This document shows positions 27,501 to 37,999 of a DNA stretch of 64,000 nt, one piece after another. This stretch comes from Calditrichia bacterium (GTDB lineage: Bacteria; Calditrichota; Calditrichia; JAJRVZ01). Position 1 is the first letter of the stretch. Every line of letters starts with the position of its first letter. A program made the translations under genes and the position numbers. Location of the stretch: NCBI GenBank assembly GCA_963796965.1, contig CAWCNS010000011.1, forward strand, positions 256,001 to 320,000, in the 5' to 3' direction. The notes under the pieces were generated by a model. It was given only the letters and a program-made list of their open reading frames with translations, was not told the DNA's origin and searched no databases.

Positions 27501-27684
27501 CAACCACCTGTGGTGCCTGACCAGGGAATTCGGTAAAAATAATCACCTGAACATCACTAAGATCCGGAATGGCATCTACCGGTGTATCCATCATGGCATA
27601 TATTCCGGCGAAAGCCACAATAGCGGTAAATATTATAACCAAAAATCTATTTTTTACAGATGCCTCAATAATTTTTTCTAACAT
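24544..27684 (-). CDS. cusA: CusA-family heavy-metal RND efflux transporter
   Basis: DAIPDLSDVQV, GPDATGVGWVY, NIMSLGGIAIAIGAMVDA, RVRPKLMT, MKRIAAPMVGG. Confidence 0.95.
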   Translation of the reverse strand: MLEKIIEASVKNRFLVIIFTAIVAFAGIYAMMDTPVDAIPDLSDVQVIIFTEFPGQAPQVVEDQVTYPLTSSMLAVPFAKSVRGYSFFGLSFVYIIFEDGTDIYWARSRVLEYLNYVSSRLPQGITPTLGPDATGVGWVYEYVLDGGDKYDLQQLRSIQDWYLRYELTSVPGVAEVASLGGYVKQYQVEVDPNKLLAYNIPINKVRMAIKRSNNDVGGKLVEMGETEFMVRGLGYIKSIEDIENIPLGVDNNGTPILIKNIANVVIGPELRRGLADWNGEGETAGGVIVMRFGGNALKTIALVKEKLKDLEKGLPEGVKIIPAYDRSSLIERAIDNLSWKLFEELLVVALVCIIFLLHFRSAFVALFTLPMGILISFLIMYFQGINANIMSLGGIAIAIGAMVDAAVVMIENAHKHIERDGGKKNHWQIIIDSSKEVGPALFYSLLIITISFLPVFSLQAQEGRLFKPLAFTKTYAMAGAALLAITIVPVLMGYFVRGKIIPENKNPISRFLIKLYKPIIHWVLRFRWITIGIALLILVITIFPMGKIGSEFMPPLNEGDLLYMPTTDPGISITKAKELLQQTDKIIKSFPEVHHVLGKIGRAETATDPAPLSMIETTIMLQPEDKWREGMTIEKLVEELDAAIQFPGLTNAWTMPIKTRIDMLSTGIKTPVGIKIMGPDLQTLSDLGQEIAAIIKDVEGTLSVFPDKTVGGNYFDFDIKRDESARYGLTVGDVQDVIMSAIGGMNVTTTVEGLERYPVNVRYSRELRDNLSALKRVLIPTPSGAQIPLNYVADISITKGPPVIKSENARTTAWLYVDLRGIDVGTYVKNAKKVIEEKVEFPEGYSLVWSGQYEYMERAQKRLNIVVPITLVVIFLLLYFNFKNFAESFIVMLSLPFALVGGIWLMYFLDYNFSVAVGVGFIALAGLAAETGVVMLVYLDNVFADWKRSGRLHSLKDLYDIVIEGAVDRVRPKLMTVVTTMVGLTPILWGTGAGSQTMKRIAAPMVGGLVSSTVLTLIVIPAIYYLWKSHEIKKLESSLNINEESV

Positions 27685-27737
27685 ACGTTGTCTCCAAAAA
27701 TCTTTTTATTTAACCTTACAAATCGTAATTGTTTTGA

Positions 27738-29296
27738 TTAGTGAACATATGGTTCCTGGTTCCTTTTTTCCATTTGTATAGATTCATCATGTTTCTGCTT
27801 TTCAGGGGCCATTTTCATCTCCGAATGATCCGCAGTTGTCTCTGTATTAGAATGATTGTTTTTATCAATATTCTGTGCTTTCTTTCCACCTCCAGCTTTT
27901 TCCTGTAACATTTTTTGAATCGCTTCCTGCAAACGGCTCTCACTATCCAATAGAAATTGTGCGGAAATAACAACTTCTTCATTTTCAAACAATCCGGAAA
28001 CAATCCGTATTTTCCCATCATCACTTTCTTCTCCAATTTGTACTTCACGTGGTTCAAATCGGCCTTCCCCACGGGTAACAAATACTAAATTTCGCTGTCC
28101 GGAACGAATTACGGCTTCAACCGGAACAATAATCGCATCTTTAATTGCGGGTGTTTCAATCCACACATTAGTATACATACCCGGCTTTAATTCGATACCG
28201 GGATTTAGAAATTCCAGACGAACTTTAACATCCCGGGCTTTTTCATCCAGATAGGGATAGATATACATAACCTTTCCTTCTAAGACTTTGCCCGGTGCAT
28301 AGGATAATTCCATGGTGGCTTTTTGTCCGACTTTTATCCAAGGAAGTTCATTATCATAAATACTCACATAAACCCAGATGGTTGACAGATCGGCAATTTG
28401 GTAGAGTGATGTGCCTTCTTTTATATGAACACCTTCAATAACATTTTTATGAACAACCACCCCATTCGCCGGCGATTCAAGTTTTAAGGTTTTACTCACC
28501 TTTCCACTTTCTTCCAAATCCTTAATAGCCGATTCCGGAATATCCCAATACAAAAGTCGCTGACGTGTTGAATTAAGCAGAGATTCAGCGCCCTCCCGGA
28601 TACTGGCAAATTGTGTTTCGCCAATAAGTTGTTTATTTTTTAACGCCAACAAATATTCCTGTTGCGTCGTAACCAGATCCGGCGAATAAATTTCAAGCAG
28701 AGGTTGACCCTTTCGTACTGGTTTTCCGGTATAATCCACATAGAGTTTCTCGATCCAACCGGAAATTTTAGAGGAGACGATAATAGATATTTTCTTCATT
28801 GTAGTCTATTTTTCCAATTGTACGAATTGAACGACTAAAATCGGTTTTCTCCACAGTTGCCGTACGGACGCCCATATTTTGAACCGTTACCGGATCTATT
28901 TGCACAGCACTTCCGGATGAAACCTTATCTTCATACACCGGTATAAGATCCATCCCCATGGCTGATTTACCTGGTTTATCATAAATTTCACTTGGATTCA
29001 TCGGCGCCTGCCAATATTTTATTTTTCTCTCAGCATCTGATTTATGGTCTCCATTATTCATGTCTTTATTCGCTGAAGCTGTTTCTGATCTTTTTCAATG
29101 GAACCAGATTCATCCCACATTTTGGACATTGTCCTGGTTCATCTACAATAACTTCCGGGTCCATACCACAGGTCCAAAGTTGGCCATCCTCATTCTTTCG
29201 CTAAATCAGTATCATCAGAGCCACATGAAATTAAGAAACCCGAAGAAATGACGAATGCCAAAAAACTTAAGAGTATATTTTTTTTATGATCTGCAT
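27738..29296 (-). CDS. cusB: CusB-like RND periplasmic adaptor with N-terminal metal-binding domains (frameshifted)
   Basis: WTCGMDP...CPKCGM, YWQAPM...GKSAMGMDL, IYSPDLVTTQQEYL, AQFLLDSES. Confidence 0.85.
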
Positions 29297-29337
29297 TTTA
29301 TTCTCCATTACACTATTATTCTATAATTTAATTTGCC

Positions 29338-30703
29338 TTAGGATTTTGTTAATTGAATGCCAGTGATATATTCCAAACTCGCGACATCTTTATTATAGTC
29401 ACTGATCACCCGATAATAATCCAATCTCATAGTTAAATAATGTTATTTGATTATTTATAAGTGTTAGAAAATCTACCTTATCATTTTGATACCCAATCAT
29501 CGCAGATTCCAAGGATTGAGATGCCTGAGGGATAATTCCCGTTTTAAATAATTCTACTAATTTTGCATTTTTTTCTATACTGGTTAGCTTATTTTCTATC
29601 TCAAAATTCACTTGATTCAAAATTTGACTATAACGCTTATCAATCATAGATTTAGTAAAAATAGTTTCTTCCACTTTTTTGGATTGTTTACTATCCGGAA
29701 TAAATGGGGATGTTTAAACTGATTCCTCCAGATACAAAATCATAACCCGGATTACCATTTTCAAGTTCATCTCTTTGGGTATAAGCGACAAAAACCCCAA
29801 TATTAGGCCAATAATCTTTTTTTGCTAAATCAATTTTCAACTTACTTTGTTTCTTTACTGACTCCCACCCAATAAGTAAGGGGCGATTCAATTTTGCGAC
29901 AATTTGTAACGTGTCCAGAGAATAACCCAAAACGGAGAATCCTGGTTCTACGGTCTTACCTAATGTTCTATCTACAGGTTGATTCAAGAATGTATTTAAT
30001 TGTGCTTCTTTAACATCACGCTGCTGATCTAGTTGAATCAACTTATCAATCATTTTGGAGAATTCAACCTGTGCTTTTAGCACGTCTTGCTGCAATCCTT
30101 TGCCTACTTTATATTTTGATTCTGCAATTTCAGTAAATTCCCGCAACAACTGTTGATTTTTACCAGTAATCTCAATGGATTTATCAATAAAAAATAAATC
30201 ATAGTATCCTAGTTTAAGATCCTGTAATAATTTATTCTGATACTCCAGAAAATTTGCTGTTGAGATGGATGCTCCCTCAGTTGAAATATCCTCCTTTAAA
30301 CTAAGTTTTCCGGGGAATGGAAAGAGTCTGTCTCAGGGCGATTTGTTTTCCTGTCATTGGTTCCTGGTCAAATGCAAATGAATTGGTTGGCAGATTTAAT
30401 AAATTTAATGATAAGATCGGATCCGGGAGAGCCCCAGATTGAGATATCTTTGTAGAGTCAGCCTGAGTAGTACTATATAAAGATTGCAATTGTGGGTTTT
30501 TTTCGATTGCGGTGCCGATAAGATCATCTAGAATTAAAACATCTACAGTTGGTTGAGAATAACCCAATTGTAGCATAAAAAATAAAATTGAATGTTAAAA
30601 TAATCAGAAGCATACAAATTGAAATAGATCTTCGTATTCCTTTTGTAGATCTTCCAGCACTGAATCCTCCGGATTGTTTTTCAGATCTTAAATTCACTAA
30701 CAT
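29338..30703 (-). CDS. TolC/CusC-family outer membrane factor (frameshifted)
   Basis: Fragments 30301-30576, 29691-30149 and 29399-29674 with NPQL, LPDP, GKGLQQDVLKAQVE. Confidence 0.8.
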
Positions 30704-30712
30704 ACCTACCCC

Positions 30713-31126
30713 TCATTGTTTAACCGTTAGTTTTGATTCGTTCTCTGTAATATTTCCCTTAATTTTTAGCAGCAAATAAATGCACAAAGCCAATAAACCA
30801 ATACTTGCCCACCAGGGGAAAGCATATTTTTGCAAATAATTATCTAATAATTCAGAACTATGATGTCCTGTTTCACTAATATCCATCCCGCCCGCATGAT
30901 TATTCATATCCTGATGAGTAGTGCTTGAGCTATTTACATGCGTCTCCCCATGATCTGATGTTACCGGGAATTCAGAAACAGGATGGCCGTGATCAAAGAT
31001 TCGGTGAAAGAAACATGTATACTGACCGCCAATATTCATTGGGAAGAAAAATACAGCTCCTGCCGAAGTGATCAATAAAATCATGCTCAGGTAAACTTTT
31101 TTTGTACTAAATTTTCTGCGTGACAT
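30713..31126 (-). CDS. His-rich two-TM hypothetical protein, first gene of the metal operon
   Basis: Two hydrophobic segments flanking a His-rich loop. Confidence 0.65.
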   Translation of the reverse strand: MSRRKFSTKKVYLSMILLITSAGAVFFFPMNIGGQYTCFFHRIFDHGHPVSEFPVTSDHGETHVNSSSTTHQDMNNHAGGMDISETGHHSSELLDNYLQKYAFPWWASIGLLALCIYLLLKIKGNITENESKLTVKQ

Positions 31127-31159
31127 TTTATTCCTTACAGTAGTATTCTATTATACTGT

Positions 31160-31174
31160 TCAATCACTGTGCCA
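31160..31174 (-). promoter_or_regulatory. Sigma54 -24/-12 promoter
   Basis: TGGCAC-AGTGA-TTGA, 34 bp upstream of the 31126 start. Confidence 0.7.
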
Positions 31175-31295
31175 GAATAAAACAACAACTAATTTAACCG
31201 TGTTCTAAGATATTGATATTATGAAGGTTATAAGGATATATGATACGAAATAGTAACAAACAGTAAATATAGGAGGGGGGTAAATAAGTAAGATT

Positions 31296-31334
31296 TGTAT
31301 AATAGTCTACAGGTAGGGTGTATAATAGTCTACA
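31296..31334. promoter_or_regulatory. Tandem enhancer (UAS) sites for a sigma54 activator
   Basis: Two identical TGTATAATAGTCTACA copies (TGT-N10-ACA) at 31296 and 31319. Confidence 0.65.
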
Positions 31335-31576
31335 AAAAAGGATGGGTATTGGTGGTGTTGCAGATTTGATTTTTTGGTACAATTAATAATAATTGCACGA
31401 TCTGTCTCCCCCTTGAAAAAGGGGGATTAAGGGGGATGTTTTTTGCTCTAAGTTACTTATAAACATCCCCCTAACCCCCTTTCTAAGGGGGAATAGATTT
31501 TGCTTAATCGATAGAAAGTATTCAGATATTGGATAATGACAACTTAATCTGCAACAACTAGAAAAGGGGGATGATT

Positions 31577-32938
31577 TCATTCCATTCCATATTTTTTTAA
31601 TTTATAGAGGAGCACATGCCTCGGGATCCGTAACATACGGGCGGTTTTGGAACGGTTGCCTTCTGTCCTTTGCAGCAATTCAGTTATGACATATCTCTCG
31701 ATAGAATCTAAGGCAATTCCATCTTCGGGAATATGAATTTTTGTTCCTGTACTATTAATAGCACCTCCCGAAATATGTTCAGGAATGTTATCAGGCGTAA
31801 TATCTGATTCAGTGGCCAGGGCCAGGATGCGTTCGATTATATTCTCGAGTTCGCGTACATTCCCGGGCCAATCATAATTTTTTAATAATTCGATCACATC
31901 ATTATTTATATTAAAGGTTCTGCCGGCACTGTATTTAGTTAGAAAAAAGTCCACGAGAAAAGGAATATCTTCTCTTCTTTCTCTAAGAGGCGATAGTTTT
32001 ATTGGAACAACACTCAACCTGTAATACAGATCTTCACGGAATTTTTTTTCTTTTACCAATTGTTCCAAATCTCTGTTTGTAGCGGCAATGATACGCACAT
32101 CCACTTTAATGGAAGTTGAACCACCCACAGCCTGAAATTCCTGCTCCTGCAAAACACGTAATAATTTGGCCTGCAAATTATCTTTTAAATCGCCGATTTC
32201 ATCCAGAAATAATGAACCGCCATCGGCCTGTTCAAATTGCCCCTTTCTATCCTTGATAGCACCTGTAAAGGCCCCTCTAACATGTCCAAATAATTCACTC
32301 TCAATAAGATTCTCGGGTATGGAAGGGCAATTGACTGTAATGAAGGGTTTTGCCTGCCGGGGACTATTATAATGTATGGCACGGGCAATTAATTCTTTTC
32401 CTGTGCCACTTTCTCCGGTAATCAGAACAGTCGCATTACTTTGTGCCACTTGTGTTGTTGTTTTAAGGACCTCCTGCATTTTAGCACTCTCAGCAATCAT
32501 ATTTTCAAACTTATACTTCCCCACAACTTCTTTCTTTAACAGCGCATTCTCATTTTGGAGTTGCCGGATCTGTATCGCTTTTTCAATAACAAACAGAAGT
32601 TGTTCCTGCCCGAATGGTTTTGCCAGATAGTCATTTGCGCCCAATCGACAGGCTTCAATCGCATTTTCAACACTGCCATGGGCGGTAATAATAATGATGA
32701 TCACCTTCTCATTCTCTTTTCTAATCTGACGCAGAACATCAATTCCTGAGATATCAGGCATTTGGATATCGGTGATAACAATATCAAAAATGCTTTTAGA
32801 AAATAATGCTAACCCTTCCTTACCATTCCTTGCGGTTGCGACTTCAAAATTATTTTTTTCTAATTGATAGGAGAGTACTTTGCCTAAATTTAAATCATCG
32901 TCTATTAAAAGAACCTTTAACATAGTGCTTACACCCAA
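31577..32938 (-). CDS. NtrC/ZraR-family sigma54-dependent response regulator
   Basis: Receiver domain, GESGTGKE, ESELFGH..GAFTGA, WPGNVREL, C-terminal HTH. Confidence 0.95.
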   Translation of the reverse strand: MGVSTMLKVLLIDDDLNLGKVLSYQLEKNNFEVATARNGKEGLALFSKSIFDIVITDIQMPDISGIDVLRQIRKENEKVIIIIITAHGSVENAIEACRLGANDYLAKPFGQEQLLFVIEKAIQIRQLQNENALLKKEVVGKYKFENMIAESAKMQEVLKTTTQVAQSNATVLITGESGTGKELIARAIHYNSPRQAKPFITVNCPSIPENLIESELFGHVRGAFTGAIKDRKGQFEQADGGSLFLDEIGDLKDNLQAKLLRVLQEQEFQAVGGSTSIKVDVRIIAATNRDLEQLVKEKKFREDLYYRLSVVPIKLSPLRERREDIPFLVDFFLTKYSAGRTFNINNDVIELLKNYDWPGNVRELENIIERILALATESDITPDNIPEHISGGAINSTGTKIHIPEDGIALDSIERYVITELLQRTEGNRSKTARMLRIPRHVLLYKLKKYGME

Positions 32939-32943
32939 AATAT

Positions 32944-34101
32944 TTATGAAGCGTTTACAGGAATTATAATGATAAACTCCGTTCCGGAGTCTTTAGCCGA
33001 ATGAACATCAACCAGCCAATTATTACTATCAATAATGCGCTTTACAATGGCCAGACCTAAACCGGAGCCATCTTCTTTGGTTGTGTAAAATGGTTTAAAT
33101 ATTGCACCTTTATCTTCTTCTTTTATTCCCGGACCGGTGTCTGATATGGATAATCTTAAAAAATGCTGGTTCGCCTGGAGATGGGGGTATAACTTCGATT
33201 CATTCAATTCTAACCCATCAGTCTTGACTAGATTCACTATTATCGAGCCCCCATCCGTCATCGCCTGAATCGAATTCAGGATTATATTCATAAGTATCTG
33301 CCAGATATCATTGGGATCACCAAGCAAGCGAATTGGATCATCCGGCATCTTTGATACAATCTCAATGCCGCTTTTTCGGGCCTGGGTACTTAACATCATA
33401 ACCACATTCTGAACAATTTCCTGGAACAAATATTCTGACTCTTGTTGTTTTTTCTTTTTGGCAAAACTGAGGTAATTTTCTAAAACGCTGCTCATTCTAT
33501 CAGTTTCTTCAATCAGTATTTTTGAGAACTCAGACTTTTTATTTGGTGTCGTATTTTCATCAGTAATTATCTCAACAGCGCCGCGAATTGATCCCAGGGG
33601 ATTGCGCACTTCATGGGCAAGACTTGATGTTAATTCTCCAATGACAGCAAGTCTGTCTGTCTGGCGCAGTTGACTTTCCAGATCTACAAGTTTTTCCGAT
33701 TGTTGTTTTACCGTATTCAGGGAATTCTCTAACTCGCTGGCTGTATTTTTATATTTTTTAGTTTCCTCCATTTCCCGCTGTGCTTTTAAACCTGTAAGAT
33801 ATCCTATAACATTATAGAGGACGATCTGCATAAACCTTAAAAGATTGTTTTCTACCAAACCTCCCCAATGTAACATGATATGAGGTAAATACAATACGCT
33901 TACCGCAATGGCAACCCCAAGTCCTCCTCTGATCCCAAACTGAAATGCCGCCATAAGGATGGGAATAAAGTAGGCCTGCATATAAATCAGGTGATACTGC
34001 CATTGCATTGTTGGGGTAGTATAATGGAGGATGGAGATTACAATCACCAGAATAAATATGATCCCCGACCAAACAAGAGGTTTGTTAGATTTCTGCTCCA
34101 T
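32944..34101 (-). CDS. Membrane sensor histidine kinase
   Basis: His/Met-containing TM sensor region, AHEVRNPL, DTGPGI, GSGLGL. Confidence 0.92.
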   Translation of the reverse strand: MEQKSNKPLVWSGIIFILVIVISILHYTTPTMQWQYHLIYMQAYFIPILMAAFQFGIRGGLGVAIAVSVLYLPHIMLHWGGLVENNLLRFMQIVLYNVIGYLTGLKAQREMEETKKYKNTASELENSLNTVKQQSEKLVDLESQLRQTDRLAVIGELTSSLAHEVRNPLGSIRGAVEIITDENTTPNKKSEFSKILIEETDRMSSVLENYLSFAKKKKQQESEYLFQEIVQNVVMMLSTQARKSGIEIVSKMPDDPIRLLGDPNDIWQILMNIILNSIQAMTDGGSIIVNLVKTDGLELNESKLYPHLQANQHFLRLSISDTGPGIKEEDKGAIFKPFYTTKEDGSGLGLAIVKRIIDSNNWLVDVHSAKDSGTEFIIIIPVNAS

Positions 34102-34199
34102 AATGAATCCGGTAATTCAAGTAAACATTCAGATGTTTTTATAAATATAGAGTTTAATAGCGCTATTTAAAAAATAATTATGGAAATATGGTAAAAGTC

Positions 34200-34273
<74 letters not shown>

Positions 34274-34552
34274 ATGGGATTAAAAAAGTTGTCGCTCAAT
34301 CAATGATTTGTCAAGTATTATTTACTCTTTTTTTCAATCATCTCCCATAGTGAGGATTTAAATTTATGCCAAAACGCAAGGACTAAGAGCCAGGGAGCGA
34401 GCAACCAGAATCGAGATACGAGCATCGAGAAGCGAGTATCGAACATCGTGTATCCCGCATCTCGTTTATCTCTATCCCTATCTCGTATCCCGATATCCCC
34501 TATCCCCTATCACACATCTCGCATCCCGTATCTCGCATCTATTCCATATAGT

Positions 34553-35611
34553 CTACCGTCGTCTATAACTGTGGGCCGTCTCATACATAGTCAATATATT
34601 CTCCAACGGTGCATCGGCCTGGATATAGGTATGTCCGGGTCCGAACACATAACCACCCCCATCCCCAAGGACATCTATTAACTGCTTCACTTCTTGGGCA
34701 ACCTGTTGGGGAGATCCTTTTGGTAGAAGCTCCTGAAGATCGACACCACCATAAAAACAAATGTCCTTTCCAAAATCTTTCTTCAGACCGGCCGGATCCA
34801 TACCTTCCGCCCGGACCTGAATAGGCTCCAGCATATCTACCCCTGCCTCAATAATCATAGGAAGAAGAGAGCGCACAGAGCCGCAGACATGTAATAGAAA
34901 TTTTTTTCCATATTGATGGGTAATATCAACCAACTCTTTCAGATAGGGCAATACAAATTCTCTAAAATCTTTTGGGCTAAACAAAGGGCCATGTTGGGAG
35001 CAATAATCATCAGCCATATAGATGATATCAATTTCCTCCCCATGATCCTGAAGCATTCTTCGTAAGGCTTCAGCACTCATTTCATTGATGGTACGAAATA
35101 AATGCTCGATATAAGATCTTCTCGTGGCAAAATCCATCATCAGATCTTCCGTGCCGCGAACAAAGCAGGCAATAAAAAAAGCACCCCACGTAAAAACACC
35201 AATGATTGCCCGGTCATGGTGGTTTAACGCCTCATGGGTGAAATGCGAAAAGTCGAGTATATCCGGGCTGGGCCACGAATAGGATTTTATATCCGAAATG
35301 GCATCTTTTCCTGCTAAGGGACTATAGGATAAGGCATCATAAATACCAGCACTGTGTTCTGTAACTTTTGCCTTATAACCCCAAATGGATATTTTCTCCA
35401 CTTTTCGTTCTTCTTCTGCCGGATACATAAAATTGCCAGGCAACAACATCCAGGTATCCACATTTAAGCGGTCAAAAAGTTTCTCTTTCGTGTTAATCTG
35501 GAAATGATTATAAAGTGCCTCGTATACATTATCTTCAGCATCAAAGGTTATAGCCACCCTATCGGTTTCCTTGTGATTTATAGCTGCTAACACCCGTTCT
35601 TTCGATGTCAT
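34553..35611 (-). CDS. Uroporphyrinogen decarboxylase (UroD/MtaA-CmuA)-family protein
   Basis: MTSKERVLAAI, ADD, HVCG, FYGGVD, GGGYVFGPGH..Q...PLEN. Confidence 0.85.
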   Translation of the reverse strand: MTSKERVLAAINHKETDRVAITFDAEDNVYEALYNHFQINTKEKLFDRLNVDTWMLLPGNFMYPAEEERKVEKISIWGYKAKVTEHSAGIYDALSYSPLAGKDAISDIKSYSWPSPDILDFSHFTHEALNHHDRAIIGVFTWGAFFIACFVRGTEDLMMDFATRRSYIEHLFRTINEMSAEALRRMLQDHGEEIDIIYMADDYCSQHGPLFSPKDFREFVLPYLKELVDITHQYGKKFLLHVCGSVRSLLPMIIEAGVDMLEPIQVRAEGMDPAGLKKDFGKDICFYGGVDLQELLPKGSPQQVAQEVKQLIDVLGDGGGYVFGPGHTYIQADAPLENILTMYETAHSYRRR

Positions 35612-35760
35612 AATATTGCCATTAGGTAAATAATTTTTTATCCACGAATCACACTAATTATATCGAATTTCACGAATTTAAAATCAAAGTTAATATTAAA
35701 TAATTTGTGAAATTTGTATAAATTCGTGCAATTAGTGGATAGGTTTTTAAAGGATTTTAA

Positions 35761-35901
35761 TTATTCTGTCCCACCCTCTTTAATCCGTAAAAGCATGTTT
35801 TTAATGTCAGTTAAGCCCTTCCAGGCAATATAACCAGTGATAACCAGATACCAGCCCACACAGGCCAGCGAAATCAGCAACCAAAACCAATGATCCATCA
35901 T
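35761..35901 (-). CDS. Small (46 aa) single-TM protein, probable symporter accessory; absent from the ORF track
   Basis: MMDHWFWLLISLACVGWYLVITGYIAWKGLTDIKNMLLRIKEGGTE*, with a GGAG RBS, directly downstream of the SSS gene. Confidence 0.7.
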   Translation of the reverse strand: MMDHWFWLLISLACVGWYLVITGYIAWKGLTDIKNMLLRIKEGGTE

Positions 35902-36050
35902 ATTCACTCCATTATATTTTTGAAATTCAGATTCACTTCAAGTAAAAGGGTAAAAGGCAAAAGGCAAAAGGTAAAAGGTAAAAGGTAAATATGTTAAATA
36001 TTACCCGAGAATATTATATCTTAAACTTTTTCCTTTTTACTTTTACCTTT

Positions 36051-37523
36051 TTACTTATCTTCTTCTAAAGCCGGCTTAACAAGAGAACCAACAACCATAC
36101 CCACAGCTGCCCCAACATAAGTTATGATTCCCCAGATATAGGGTCCAATCGTTTGTGAGACAAATACTTCTGTTGCCGGTACTTGTTCGAGGACCAGATA
36201 ACTTATCGGCATCACCGCTCCGATAATGATCGCTGCGGAAGCGCCATATTTGTTTGCCCGCGGCCAATAACAACAGGCAATTAACAGCACGGACATACTG
36301 GCCAGGTAAATTGAACCGGTTACCATAAGATAGGTCCATAAATCTCCTTTAAGCGGGTACCACAAACCATAGACCAGTAGAAATATGCCGATAACGCCAA
36401 TAATGATCCGATTGGTAATCAGACCTTTCTTCTGCGACCATTTCCCTTTATGGATCGGAGCCATAATATCATTATAAATGACACTTCCCCAGGAGAGCAT
36501 ATAGGCCGCATCCGTGGACATATCGGCGGCGAGCATGGCTGCAATCAGAATACCCATTAATCCTATTGGCAAAAATCCGGCAAGAAATGTTGGCATCGCT
36601 AACAACGTATTATCACCAACCTGATCGGGGGTTAGAACAGCTAATGCGGCGATCCCCCATAACCCGGGCAGAATAAATCGGCAAACAAAAAACATGGCCG
36701 TACCTTTATATATTTTTTGCCCAACCTTACTGTTTTTGGCTGAGAGAACACGTTGGATCATTGTCTGCCATGTTAGAACGACCGCCAGGGCCACAAGGGA
36801 ATTAAAGATCATATAATCCCAGCCCATCTCAGGATGCATAAAAGGATTAAAACCCCCTTCACCATAATTTGTCTGTATAGCATTGGTAAGATCAGTCCAG
36901 CCTATCTGAATAAATATTAATACGGTCACCACCAATAAGCCTAAACTCATGATGATGAACTGCAAGTAGTCAGTTATCAGCACGGATATCATACCACCCA
37001 TTATGGTATACATGGCTACGCCGACCAGTAAGATGGTCATGGTTATTTCCAGATAAGCAGGATTCAGCCCAATCACCGTTACCAGAAATTCGCCACCCGT
37101 CCGCAGAAATACGCCCATATTCAATAATCCGCCCACGACAATAACAACCCCACTCATCCAGCGAATTTTCGGACCAAATGCTTTAGTAAACATTTCCGGG
37201 ATCGTCATCACCCCTGCTTTGCGGAGTGGCTTTATACCAAACCCGGTCCAACCCACAACAAACATCGCCACGGCAAAAAGGAGACCGGGCATGGCACCTG
37301 CAAATCCCTTATCATAGCCATTTTGTGCGGTATACATACAGGTAACAATTCCAAATTCCGTTGCCGCCAGCGAGGCAATACCCAGGTAGAGATCCATTTC
37401 ACGACCAGCGACAAGAAAATGCTCCACCTTTCCGACATATTTTCGTACCATCACACCCGCTGTAACCGTTGCCACGAGGTAGAGGAAAACTATTCCACCA
37501 TCAATGAGAGTAAAGTTGCTCAC
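36051..37523 (-). CDS. Sodium:solute symporter (SSS) family protein
   Basis: FLVAGR, GGMISVLITD, IQRVLSAK, AAMLAADMST; about 13 TM segments. Confidence 0.9.
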   Translation of the reverse strand: MSNFTLIDGGIVFLYLVATVTAGVMVRKYVGKVEHFLVAGREMDLYLGIASLAATEFGIVTCMYTAQNGYDKGFAGAMPGLLFAVAMFVVGWTGFGIKPLRKAGVMTIPEMFTKAFGPKIRWMSGVVIVVGGLLNMGVFLRTGGEFLVTVIGLNPAYLEITMTILLVGVAMYTIMGGMISVLITDYLQFIIMSLGLLVVTVLIFIQIGWTDLTNAIQTNYGEGGFNPFMHPEMGWDYMIFNSLVALAVVLTWQTMIQRVLSAKNSKVGQKIYKGTAMFFVCRFILPGLWGIAALAVLTPDQVGDNTLLAMPTFLAGFLPIGLMGILIAAMLAADMSTDAAYMLSWGSVIYNDIMAPIHKGKWSQKKGLITNRIIIGVIGIFLLVYGLWYPLKGDLWTYLMVTGSIYLASMSVLLIACCYWPRANKYGASAAIIIGAVMPISYLVLEQVPATEVFVSQTIGPYIWGIITYVGAAVGMVVGSLVKPALEEDK

Positions 37524-37999
37524 GATATTTCCTTTCCTAGAGATGTGCTTATTCGTTTTTTTCCACTAATTGCACAGATTAAATCGAATTTCACGAATTA
37601 TTTTGAATTAATCTTGTCATCGTTACTTGAATATTGAATATTCCTTGTTGGATATTGAATATTTATTTTACATAAGAGACGGCCCACTCCGTACTCGTTG
37701 ACTTCCGCCAGGGCAGACACATGGGTCTGCACCTACACTCCACCCTCTACGCTTTTCTCTATTCGCTCCTCACTCTTCTCTCCTCGCTTTTCGCTTGAAA
37801 TCTTGGATGATTTCATCCCGATTTGTTGATAGGATATCTACGCTTTTATCGGGATTACGCTTTACGCTCTGCGCTCCACTCTCTTTTCTCTATTCTCTCT
37901 TCGACTTACGCCACTCGATTTACGCTTCTCGCTCTTCCTTCCACTCCACGCTCCTCGCTCTACGCTCCACCCTCTACACTCCACTCTCTTCTCTCTTCC

